Below, piece after piece: positions 26,535-35,104 of a DNA stretch of 64,000 nt. The stretch is from Lysobacterales bacterium (GTDB lineage: Bacteria; Pseudomonadota; Gammaproteobacteria; Xanthomonadales; SZUA-5). Made by a program: the position numbers and the translations under genes. Within the stretch, counting starts at the first letter, position 1. Each line of letters begins with the position of its first letter. The notes beneath the pieces are model-generated. The model was not told the origin of the DNA. It was given only the letters and a program-made list of their open reading frames with translations, and made no database searches. The stretch is from positions 1 through 64,000 of the forward strand of contig JALHMH010000008.1 of assembly GCA_022844165.1 (NCBI GenBank), in the 5' to 3' direction.

Positions 26535-27030
26535 TATTCGTCGACAGCGCCCGGCATTCCCGGGCGTTGTCGACTGTTTTGGCGTTCGGCAAGCTCTGCA
26601 CGCTTTTGCCAGTTCTATATCGGCGTTGCTCGCTAGTGAAGACGCGCTCATCCCGCGAGCTGCCAACCATGTTCTCACGTATGGCGATGTGGCGATCGAA
26701 CAGGGCCTGTTGTTCAGTATTGATACTGTTGCGAATTGCGGCATCGGTGTTCTGCCGCAGACTTCGCATCTGCGCCTGCAACTGCCCGGTCACGATTTCC
26801 TGCTTCGAGACGACGGCACTGTCGTTGGCGATTCGTGCGCGGCGCAATACGCGCATTTCGCGGTTGTACTCGCCGCGTACGCTGGCCATGGTCTTGCGGT
26901 AATCGGCCTCTATTGCATTCACTAGCCGTGCCTGATCGGGCGTCAGCTGCAGGGCCGATTGCAGAGTGGCATCGGCATGCGCGGCGCCAGTCAAGAGTAG
27001 TAGCAGTCCAAGCCAAATTCGCAGTACCAT
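26479..27030 (-). CDS. Secreted helical Spy/CpxP-like protein
   Basis: GAGGA RBS, signal peptide ending AAHA, LQLTPDQ and INTEQQ motifs; 3' end uncertain. Confidence 0.6.
   Translation of the reverse strand: MVLRIWLGLLLLLTGAAHADATLQSALQLTPDQARLVNAIEADYRKTMASVRGEYNREMRVLRRARIANDSAVVSKQEIVTGQLQAQMRSLRQNTDAAIRNSINTEQQALFDRHIAIRENMVGSSRDERVFTSEQRRYRTGKSVQSLPNAKTVDNARECRALSTNIICLLFSRAFPPSFPWRS
26540..26580 (+). terminator. Intrinsic terminator hairpin, possibly bidirectional
   Basis: GTCGACAGCGCCCGG-CATTC-CCGGGCGTTGTCGAC then TGTTTT. Confidence 0.75.
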
Positions 27031-27074
27031 CAGTTTTCCTCGCAAATGGGTGCCATTGCCCGTTGGCAATGAGT

Positions 27075-27099
27075 ACGCACTCGGCAGCGCGAAACGACA
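27075..27099 (-). promoter_or_regulatory. Putative ECF promoter TGTCGTTTCG-N10-TGCGT
   Basis: Same motif as 30558-30582; 45 bp upstream of ATG 27030. Confidence 0.6.
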
Positions 27100-27154
27100 G
27101 CGCCCTATTCGAAGCTCAACACCGAATCGGCCTCGCTCCAGCTAGAATCTGCTC

Positions 27155-27727
27155 ATGGACGAAAAGCACTTTGCGGAATCACTGCGTGCGTGGGCCAATG
27201 GCGATGGCGATGCCGGCGATGCGCTGTATGCCATGGCTTACGACGAACTCAAGACGGTGGCGCGGCGCAGTCTTCGTTCCTACGGCCGTGGCGATCAATT
27301 GAGCACAACCATGCTCGTCAACGAGTGCTATCTGAAGCTTGCGCGTGGCGGCGTATTGGGTCCGGAGACGCAGCAACACTTCATGGCGCTGTGCGCACGG
27401 GCGATGCGTCAGATCATCGTCGATTCGGCGCGGCGCCAGCTTAGCGAAAAGCGCGATGCGGCGGCGTTGGATGAAGACGATTTTGCCGCCTTGCGGCCCG
27501 AGTCCGCGATGCATCTCTCGCCGGAGGCGATCGCTTCGCTCGACCAGGCGCTGCATGATCTGGATCGTCGCGACCCGCGCCTGGCGCGCATCGCCGAATG
27601 CCGCATTTTCAGCGGTATGGAGTGCGCCGATATCGCGGCGGTGATGAATGTCACCGAACGCACCGTTCAGCGCGAGTGGCAACGCGTCAAGGCACTCCTG
27701 GCGCTGGTGCTGGAAAATCGCGAATGA
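27155..27727 (+). CDS. ECF sigma factor, TIGR02999/ECF43-like
   Basis: YDELKTVARR, LSTTMLVNECYLKL, AMRQIIVDSARR, VTERTVQREW. Confidence 0.92.
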   Translation: MDEKHFAESLRAWANGDGDAGDALYAMAYDELKTVARRSLRSYGRGDQLSTTMLVNECYLKLARGGVLGPETQQHFMALCARAMRQIIVDSARRQLSEKRDAAALDEDDFAALRPESAMHLSPEAIASLDQALHDLDRRDPRLARIAECRIFSGMECADIAAVMNVTERTVQREWQRVKALLALVLENRE

Positions 27728-27748
27728 GGCCCACAGGCAACCAACGCG

Positions 27749-30406
27749 CTATAGCTGCTTCAGCAAGGCGATAAGGCGAGCGCGGTCCGCAGATTCCAGT
27801 ACCGCCGGGATGGCGTCGATATGCGGCTTTGGCGAGAGCCGTTGCAGCAAGGGCGAACGCAACTCGCGAGTCGAGGCAGTTCCGGGAGGGGCGTCCCAGG
27901 TCAGGCCCAGCGCCTCCATTTGCATCGCGCTCTGCGCCGGACAATCGCTGGGCACACGCTTCTGCGGCTGCGATTCGCCCCGCAGTGCTGCGCGCAGCGC
28001 TACGTATTCCGCACGATCGCATTCATAGGTCTTGCGCGCATCGAACGCAGGGTCGGGACGATCGGGTAACGTCCCAAGTTCACCCAACAGTTGCAGCGTC
28101 AGATCGGCCTGTTCGTGCACTGGGTTGCGTTTCAGTGCAGTACGCGCAACGGTTTCCGCCAGTGCCGGTTCATTGAACTCGTACAGCGCCCAGGCGAGTG
28201 GTCCAAGATAATCGGCGAGGCGCGGCGAATCGCGACCAAGAACCCCAAGAACCGTCTCCAGACTGGTCAGCAGCGTTGGGAAAACGTCGTGATTGGCGCC
28301 GATACTCAGTGCCACGCGGGATCTGATCAGCAGGAGATGCGCGCGAGCCTGCGGATCGAGATTCTCCAGTCGCTTCTGATCGACGCCCTGCAACAACTCC
28401 AACGCGCGATGGTTCTGGGCGGAAAAGACCAACATGATGGCAGCGTTGATCACCGTTTGCGTGGGGCGAGGGTGATCCGATCCGAGTCTCTTCTGTGTTT
28501 CGCCGATCAAACTCAACAATTGCTCCGCCGCCTGATCGGGTCGCCCGGCGTTGCCCAACGCGGTCGCAACATTACCGCGATGGTTGAACCAGCGTTGCGA
28601 TTGGCGCGGATCGTTGCGATCGATCAGAGTTTCAGCTTCCGCATAAACCTTCAGTGCCGCATCGGCATCGCCAGTCCTTTGCAGCAGGATGGCGCGTTCG
28701 GCGAGTACGTCGTAGCGAAAGCGCGGCTCGGCGCGATTCAGGTCGATGGCGTCCAATTCCCGCAGCGCCGCATCGAACTCGGCGCGATCGCTCAGGATGC
28801 GCGCTCGCGCCAGGACCAAGGTGTCAGGCGGCGGCTTGTCGTAGGTTCGGGTGAAGTTGGCGATCGCGTCCAATGCGGCGTCTTGCTCGCCGCTTCGTGC
28901 GAGTGCCTGAATCTGCTCCGCGGCGACCGGCGCTCGCTGGTCGGCGGGCGCAAGTTCCAGGGCGCGCGTCCACAGCGCCAGCGCCTTGCTGTAATTTTGC
29001 AGGGTTCCCTGCAGCTGCGCCAGGCGCTGCAGAATTTGCCGATGAAATTCGCGGTCGGCCGGCGTGGTGGTCAGAAAGTCGTCGCTGGCGGCATCCACCA
29101 CGGCGCTGACGGTGACGCTGCCCGGTTGATGCAGATAGGGGTCGGCAGGTTCCAACATCTGGGTCATTGTCTGCAGCACGCGGTCGATACGCAAAGCGTG
29201 TTCTGCCTGTTGTTGCGCCAGGCGCAAGGCCGACACACCAGCGACAACAACGATGCCGACCACAGCTGCCGTCACAGCGACACCCAGGCGACGGCGCTTG
29301 ACGAAGCGCGCGAGGCGATAGCTCGCCGTTGCGCGGCGCGCGCGAACCGGCAGCGCGGCGCGGAAACGCTGAAGATCGTCGCCGAGCTCAGCGGCCGAGC
29401 GATATCGATCGCTGGGATCGAACTGCAAACACTTCAGTACGATCGCATCGATGTCGCCCCGCAGCAGACGTTGCTGAGCGCCATCCACGACGGACTCGCT
29501 CGGTGCAATCAACCGCGTATCGGCATGCAAGCGCTCGGAGGGCCACGCCGCATCGGCATCTGCATAAGGCCAACGTGCAGTCAGTAGATGGAACATCAGC
29601 AAACCCAGTTGGTAGACATCGCTCGCCACACCAACCGGTCGTCCCAGAAGTTGTTCCGGAGACGCGTAGCGCAAGGTCATCGGCGCAGCGCCGGTGCGCG
29701 TTTTGTCCGCTCGCAAATCCAGGGTGTCATCGAGCACTTTCGCGATGCCGAAGTCGATCAGTTTCGGTTCGCCATGCGCCATCAGCACATTGCTCGGTTT
29801 GATATCGCGATGGATGACCAGATGCTGGTGGGCCAGACTCAGTGCATCGCATAAACGGAGGATCGCGGAAACGATGCGAGGAAAGTCCTCGCGGTTCGGA
29901 TTGAGCGCGAGATCGATAGGCACGCCATCGATACGTTCGAGCACCATATAGGCGCGTTCGTCGGCGACCCCGACGTCCAGTAACGTGGCGATGTTCGGAT
30001 GTTTGAGGCGCGCCAGAATATGTTGCTCGTTGAGAAAGCGCGCGCGGTCGATGGCGCCAGGTAACCACTGACGCAGTACCTTGATCGCGACCGGCTGCTC
30101 AGAACCGCTGACGAGTCTCACGCCGCCGTAGACGATGGCCATTCCACCTCGCCCGAGCTCGCCTTCGATGCGGTAGCCAGCGATATGCGGCGCGGGTAGT
30201 TCTTCCGCTACCCGGTGCAAATGTGAGCCGGCCTGCTTGAGGCTGAGCGTGTCCGCTTCAACGACCATGCGCAGCAGTTTTCGCAGGCTTTCGGCCATCG
30301 TTGGGTCTGTGGCTTCGATCTGCGCCAGGTACTCACGGCGCGATTCCAGCGGCAGATTCATCAGCATTTCAAGTTGCGCATCGAGTGCGGCGATGTCGCG
30401 CGCCAT
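27749..30406 (-). CDS. Membrane Hanks-type Ser/Thr kinase with TPR-like extracytoplasmic region
   Basis: LGRGGMAIVY, VAIKVL, HRDIKPSN, DFGIAK, YASPEQ, SDVYQLG, TM helix, TPR-like helices. Confidence 0.93.
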   Translation of the reverse strand: MARDIAALDAQLEMLMNLPLESRREYLAQIEATDPTMAESLRKLLRMVVEADTLSLKQAGSHLHRVAEELPAPHIAGYRIEGELGRGGMAIVYGGVRLVSGSEQPVAIKVLRQWLPGAIDRARFLNEQHILARLKHPNIATLLDVGVADERAYMVLERIDGVPIDLALNPNREDFPRIVSAILRLCDALSLAHQHLVIHRDIKPSNVLMAHGEPKLIDFGIAKVLDDTLDLRADKTRTGAAPMTLRYASPEQLLGRPVGVASDVYQLGLLMFHLLTARWPYADADAAWPSERLHADTRLIAPSESVVDGAQQRLLRGDIDAIVLKCLQFDPSDRYRSAAELGDDLQRFRAALPVRARRATASYRLARFVKRRRLGVAVTAAVVGIVVVAGVSALRLAQQQAEHALRIDRVLQTMTQMLEPADPYLHQPGSVTVSAVVDAASDDFLTTTPADREFHRQILQRLAQLQGTLQNYSKALALWTRALELAPADQRAPVAAEQIQALARSGEQDAALDAIANFTRTYDKPPPDTLVLARARILSDRAEFDAALRELDAIDLNRAEPRFRYDVLAERAILLQRTGDADAALKVYAEAETLIDRNDPRQSQRWFNHRGNVATALGNAGRPDQAAEQLLSLIGETQKRLGSDHPRPTQTVINAAIMLVFSAQNHRALELLQGVDQKRLENLDPQARAHLLLIRSRVALSIGANHDVFPTLLTSLETVLGVLGRDSPRLADYLGPLAWALYEFNEPALAETVARTALKRNPVHEQADLTLQLLGELGTLPDRPDPAFDARKTYECDRAEYVALRAALRGESQPQKRVPSDCPAQSAMQMEALGLTWDAPPGTASTRELRSPLLQRLSPKPHIDAIPAVLESADRARLIALLKQL

Positions 30407-30557
30407 AGCTTCGAACTCCAGAAAGGCGACTGGTAGAGAGTACGCACTCGGGGCGTTCCAGCGACAGCGGTGAGGACGAATTCTTGTTCGGGCGTTTGCC
30501 TGCGCGCGGCGACGCGCCCGGCCCTCCGACGGAAGGTGGTGTTTTCTGCTTCGGCGG

Positions 30558-30582
30558 TGTCGTTTCGTGACCGCTTCTGCGT
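30558..30582 (+). promoter_or_regulatory. Putative ECF promoter TGTCGTTTCG-N10-TGCGT
   Basis: Same motif as 27075-27099; about 105 bp upstream of ATG 30687. Confidence 0.6.
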
Positions 30583-30686
30583 CTATAGAGGGTGTGGCAC
30601 AGGATAATCCGCGTCAGATGCATCAAGTGCTCCTGCAACGCTGGACGAATCGAATCACAGAATGCGCAGAATCAAAGGGGATCGTC

Positions 30687-33600
30687 ATGCGTCTGCGAAT
30701 CGTCATTTTGGCCGTGGCCCTTTCGAGTCAGGCGCCAGCCCAGTCCACTACGACCGATTGGCCGACAGGTATTGGGTTTCCGAACGTTCCCCGCACGGAA
30801 GGACAGCTGCTTGCAGGGCCGTTTGGCGTGACCGATGGCCGCGGCGCGATTATCGCCTGGCATAACGGTGTTCTGTTCACATCGCCCGAGTCGCCATCGA
30901 GCAATCCGGGATCGACGATCCAGGCGCGCATGTGGAACATCAGCGATCCGGGCAATCCGCGAATTATCGTCAATGCGCCGGCGAACGCGCAGGGCTCGCT
31001 CGGCACTTCGCCGATGGCGATCAATGCGCATGGGTACTTTCATGTCGGTCAGAATATGGCGACGGGTGCCGCAGGTCATTGGTTGGTACTCGGCGCCGAT
31101 TGGCCGCCTGAGGCGCCCTGGTCGTTTCGCGCGACGGCCGGGCAAGTGGGCATCACGCGCCAGGCATCGCAGCACTTTGGCGCCGGCGTGCGCGGGCAAC
31201 TGTACGGCCCGTGGTTTATCGATCAGACCTGGTGGAGTTATGGGCAGGTCAGCGGACAGGCGCAGATCTACACGAACGGCGCACCCGGCAACCCAGGCAG
31301 TACATTGCAGTCGACTTTCGATCACCTGGGGATGACCGGTGTGGTGGGTCATCCCTTCTTGCTGGGCAATTTGCTGATTTATGCGTCCGATCAGAGCCGC
31401 ACGGGCGTCGCGACGTACGACATCAGCAATCCGCAGCAGCCCGCACTGCTCGATGTGCTGCGTACCGGCGGCCCTGGTGGCTATTGGCCAGAACTGTGGG
31501 CCAGCGAAGGCGAGTTGTACGTGGTCTTTCCGTACAACGACAACGGCAACGGGATGCGCATTGTCGATGCCACCGATCCGACCGCACTGCGCTTTGTTGC
31601 CGATGTGCCGTTGCCCAGGCCGAACGGATCCTCCGGCGCAATGTATGCACAGTTCCAGGATGAGTTTGGGTTTATCGGGGACCACAAAATCGATATGCGA
31701 ACCCGCGCATCCGTGCGCCAGTTCGCAACGCTGAGCAACAACATCGACATCAGCCAATTCGCCCTTCCCGTCGGGAATTTGCTGGTGACCGGCGGCATCG
31801 GAAATCCCGGGCAGGGATATGCGATTTACGCGCACCAGGCGACACCGGATACGCGCCCGCCGAGTGTCGCGTATCACATCCCACGCGCCGGACAGACCAG
31901 TTATCCGCGTGGCGCGCCAATCAGCGTGATCATCCATGAGACGCTGAATACACTGTCCATTGTCAATGGCGACACGTTCATGGTCCGCCAGGTTCTGAGC
32001 CCTGGCGTTTATGGCACGCCGCTCGCTGGTCGCTGGACTTTCTCATTCAATGATGTGCTGACCTTCCAGCCTAATGCGTTGTTGGCGGTCAATGCCACCT
32101 ACGAGGTGCGGTTGTCGGGCATCACGGACGCTGCCGGCAATGCGATGCTGCCCTACGCGTTTACCTTTTCCACGGGCGGTTCGGTCGGCGGCAATCGGCC
32201 GCCCACGGTCACCGGTTTCACGGCGTTGCCATATCCGGCCGCGCCGGGCCAGAACGTCGATTTCGTCGCCACCGGCAGCGATCCTGACGGCGATCTGTTG
32301 GAGTATCGATTCGACTTCGGCGACGGTACGCCTCGCACCGCCTGGGGCGCCGCAGCCGCTCAACGCGCTTATGCCAACCCCGGACACTATCGGGCCAGCG
32401 TGCAGGTTCGCGACCCGTCTGGCGTGATCGCCACGCGCACTCGCGTGGTGACGGTACTCTCCGCGTTACCGGTCACTCGGCCCACAGCCAGTTCACCCAT
32501 CGCGTGCGATGGCACCGGGCGTCGCGTGTGGACAATCAATCCCGATAGCGACACGATCAGCGTGCTCGACGCCGATTCACTGGCGAAGGTCGGCGAGTAC
32601 CCGACGTGCAACGGTCCACGATCGTTGGCGCGCACTGGCAATGAGGTCTGGGTTGCGTGTCACGACGACGACATCGTGCGCATTCATAATGCCGGCACCG
32701 GCGCAACGCTGGCCAGCATCGATACTGGGTACGGCTCTGCGCCCGTCGGTGTCGCGGTCGCGCCGGATGGTGTGAGCGCATTCGTGAGCCTGACGAACCG
32801 CGGCGAATTGCGGCGCTTTAGCATCTCAACGCGACTACAAACCGGCGTTCTGGCGCTGGGGCGCACACCACGCGGGGTCGCGGTATCTGCCGACGGAACA
32901 CGCGTACTTGTGTCGCGTTTCTTGTCGCCGCTGCACCATGGCGAGATTTGGGACATCAACGCGTCGACGATGCAGTTGACACGCACGATCCGCATTCCCA
33001 AATTTGGTGGCGACGCCAATCGGGACACCACTGCAAGCGGTCGCGGTGTCGCCAACTATTTGGCGAACGTGGCAATTTCTCCGCGCAGTGGTCGCGCATT
33101 CGTGCCGGCGAACAAACCCAACAATGAGCGCGGCTTGTTGATTCATCCGAGCCAGGATCTGGATCAGGACAACAGCGTCAGAAATCTGCTGATCGAGATC
33201 GATCCCGCAGGTGCCACGCCGCAAGATCGTTTCCGCCGTGGTATCGACATCGACAACAGTGATTCGGCCAGCAGCGTCGCGTTTTCGCCGCTAGGCGATT
33301 ACCTGCTGGTGACATTGCAGGGAATGAATGAACTGCTCGTGCTCGACGCCCTCGCGCTCGACGCCAATGCCGGACTCGGTGCGCTGGTCACGCGCATCGC
33401 TGTTGGCGCCGCGCCGCAGGGCGTCTGCAGCGACGCAGCGACGGGACGCACCTTCGTACACAACTTTATGGGGCGCAGCGTCAGTGCGCTGGAGACGGCT
33501 GCGCTTTACAGCAGCGGCGATATCCAGGTTGCCTCGACGAATATCGCGATGGTGGCCAACGAAACGTTGGCGCCGAATGTGTTGCAAGGCAAGCGCCTTT

Positions 33601-34823
33601 TTTATCACGCGGGCGATCCGCGGATGAGCGCCGAGGGCTATATCTCTTGTGCAACGTGTCATATCGATGGGAGCGAGGACGGTCGCGTATGGGATTTCAC
33701 CGGTCGCGGCGAAGGCCTGCGCAATACGACCACACTGAACGGCCGCGGCGGCACGGCGCATGGACGCGTGCATTGGAGCGCTAATTTCGATGAGATTCAG
33801 GACTTCGAGAACGACATCCGCGGGCCCTTCGGTGGCGCGGGTTTCTTGACAACGCAGCAATTCGCAGCAACCAGCAATCCGCTCGGTGCATCCAAAGCGG
33901 GCTTGAGCGCGGATCTCGACGCGTTGGCTGCCTATGTGGCATCGCTCGATCAAAGCCACATTCCGCGCAGTCCGTTCCGCCAAGCCAGCGGTGCCAACAC
34001 CGCCGGCGCCGTGCAAGGCGAGGCCATTTTTGCGCGGGAGAATTGCGCCAGTTGCCATGCGCCGCCGCGATATACCAATAGTTTATTGGCATCGTCCAGC
34101 TTAAGCGATGTTGGCACGCTGCGTGCCAGTTCCGGTAGTCGCCTTGGCGGAGCGCTCACCGGCATCGACGTGCCGACCCTGCGCGGTGTATTTGCCAGCG
34201 CGCCCTATTTGCACGATGGCAGCGCCGCGACGTTGGACGATGTTTTTCGCTTCAGCGGAGGTGTGACTTTGCCGGCCGAAAATGCGCTGCGCACCGGCGG
34301 CGCTGCGTTGATCAACAATTTTGTCGACCTCAATAACGACGATACGGTGCGGGGCCGTGCGTATGTGCAGCTTGAAAGCAGCGGCCAGCGGCTGACCTTC
34401 AACAATGTCGATGGCGGTGCTGGTGGGGCAGGAGCATTGGAGTTGCGCTACAGCAATTCGCGCAGCGGCGGGCAGACGCAGGCGCTGACGGTTCGGGTCA
34501 ACGGCGTGGCGCTGCCATCGGTCAATCTTCCCGCGACGGATAACGATCCGACGTGGCGAACGACCAACTGGAACAGCCTTCGCGTTGAGAACGTGGTGCT
34601 TAACGTCGGTACAAGCAACAGCATTGAGATCGAAACCAACGGTTGGTATCTGGCGGTCGACGAAGTGCTGATCGCAAACGCCAATCGGCTGCTCCTGGCG
34701 CAAGCACACCGTCGCGTGCTCGGTCTGCCCACGGGCGAACGCGACGCTCTCATGGCGTTCCTTCGCGAACTGGACAGCACGCCGGGCGTCGTCGACGGCG
34801 TGTTCCAAAATGGCTTCGAGTGA
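30687..34823 (+). CDS. Large secreted multidomain protein: Ig-like, PKD, YVTN beta-propeller, di-heme cytochrome c (CcP/MauG-like), CBM-like insert
   Basis: Signal peptide; YRFDFGDG (PKD); PVGVAVAPDG repeats; CATCH and CASCH; APYLHDGSAATL; C-terminal DGVFQNGFE. Confidence 0.8.
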   Translation: MRLRIVILAVALSSQAPAQSTTTDWPTGIGFPNVPRTEGQLLAGPFGVTDGRGAIIAWHNGVLFTSPESPSSNPGSTIQARMWNISDPGNPRIIVNAPANAQGSLGTSPMAINAHGYFHVGQNMATGAAGHWLVLGADWPPEAPWSFRATAGQVGITRQASQHFGAGVRGQLYGPWFIDQTWWSYGQVSGQAQIYTNGAPGNPGSTLQSTFDHLGMTGVVGHPFLLGNLLIYASDQSRTGVATYDISNPQQPALLDVLRTGGPGGYWPELWASEGELYVVFPYNDNGNGMRIVDATDPTALRFVADVPLPRPNGSSGAMYAQFQDEFGFIGDHKIDMRTRASVRQFATLSNNIDISQFALPVGNLLVTGGIGNPGQGYAIYAHQATPDTRPPSVAYHIPRAGQTSYPRGAPISVIIHETLNTLSIVNGDTFMVRQVLSPGVYGTPLAGRWTFSFNDVLTFQPNALLAVNATYEVRLSGITDAAGNAMLPYAFTFSTGGSVGGNRPPTVTGFTALPYPAAPGQNVDFVATGSDPDGDLLEYRFDFGDGTPRTAWGAAAAQRAYANPGHYRASVQVRDPSGVIATRTRVVTVLSALPVTRPTASSPIACDGTGRRVWTINPDSDTISVLDADSLAKVGEYPTCNGPRSLARTGNEVWVACHDDDIVRIHNAGTGATLASIDTGYGSAPVGVAVAPDGVSAFVSLTNRGELRRFSISTRLQTGVLALGRTPRGVAVSADGTRVLVSRFLSPLHHGEIWDINASTMQLTRTIRIPKFGGDANRDTTASGRGVANYLANVAISPRSGRAFVPANKPNNERGLLIHPSQDLDQDNSVRNLLIEIDPAGATPQDRFRRGIDIDNSDSASSVAFSPLGDYLLVTLQGMNELLVLDALALDANAGLGALVTRIAVGAAPQGVCSDAATGRTFVHNFMGRSVSALETAALYSSGDIQVASTNIAMVANETLAPNVLQGKRLFYHAGDPRMSAEGYISCATCHIDGSEDGRVWDFTGRGEGLRNTTTLNGRGGTAHGRVHWSANFDEIQDFENDIRGPFGGAGFLTTQQFAATSNPLGASKAGLSADLDALAAYVASLDQSHIPRSPFRQASGANTAGAVQGEAIFARENCASCHAPPRYTNSLLASSSLSDVGTLRASSGSRLGGALTGIDVPTLRGVFASAPYLHDGSAATLDDVFRFSGGVTLPAENALRTGGAALINNFVDLNNDDTVRGRAYVQLESSGQRLTFNNVDGGAGGAGALELRYSNSRSGGQTQALTVRVNGVALPSVNLPATDNDPTWRTTNWNSLRVENVVLNVGTSNSIEIETNGWYLAVDEVLIANANRLLLAQAHRRVLGLPTGERDALMAFLRELDSTPGVVDGVFQNGFE

Positions 34824-35104
34824 CGCCGTCTGGCGCATAGCGCAAGGCAACGCCATCGTGGTTCAGTTTCTCCTGGTCGGACGTTCGAGAATCTGGCCGC
34901 CGACACTTTTCCTTTAGTTCGCGTCCTGTCGAACATACGTCTCATTGGCGTAGGTTCCGAGAGCAACCAAATTGCCGCGCACTGCTGCAACGCAGCAATT
35001 TTGCGTTACGCTCTTTCGTTAGTTTTGTGTTGCGTTCGGTTGACAGCACTACTAGCATCAATCCGATCTTGCCTTATCCCGAACCCCCAACAAGGAACCC
35101 GCGC

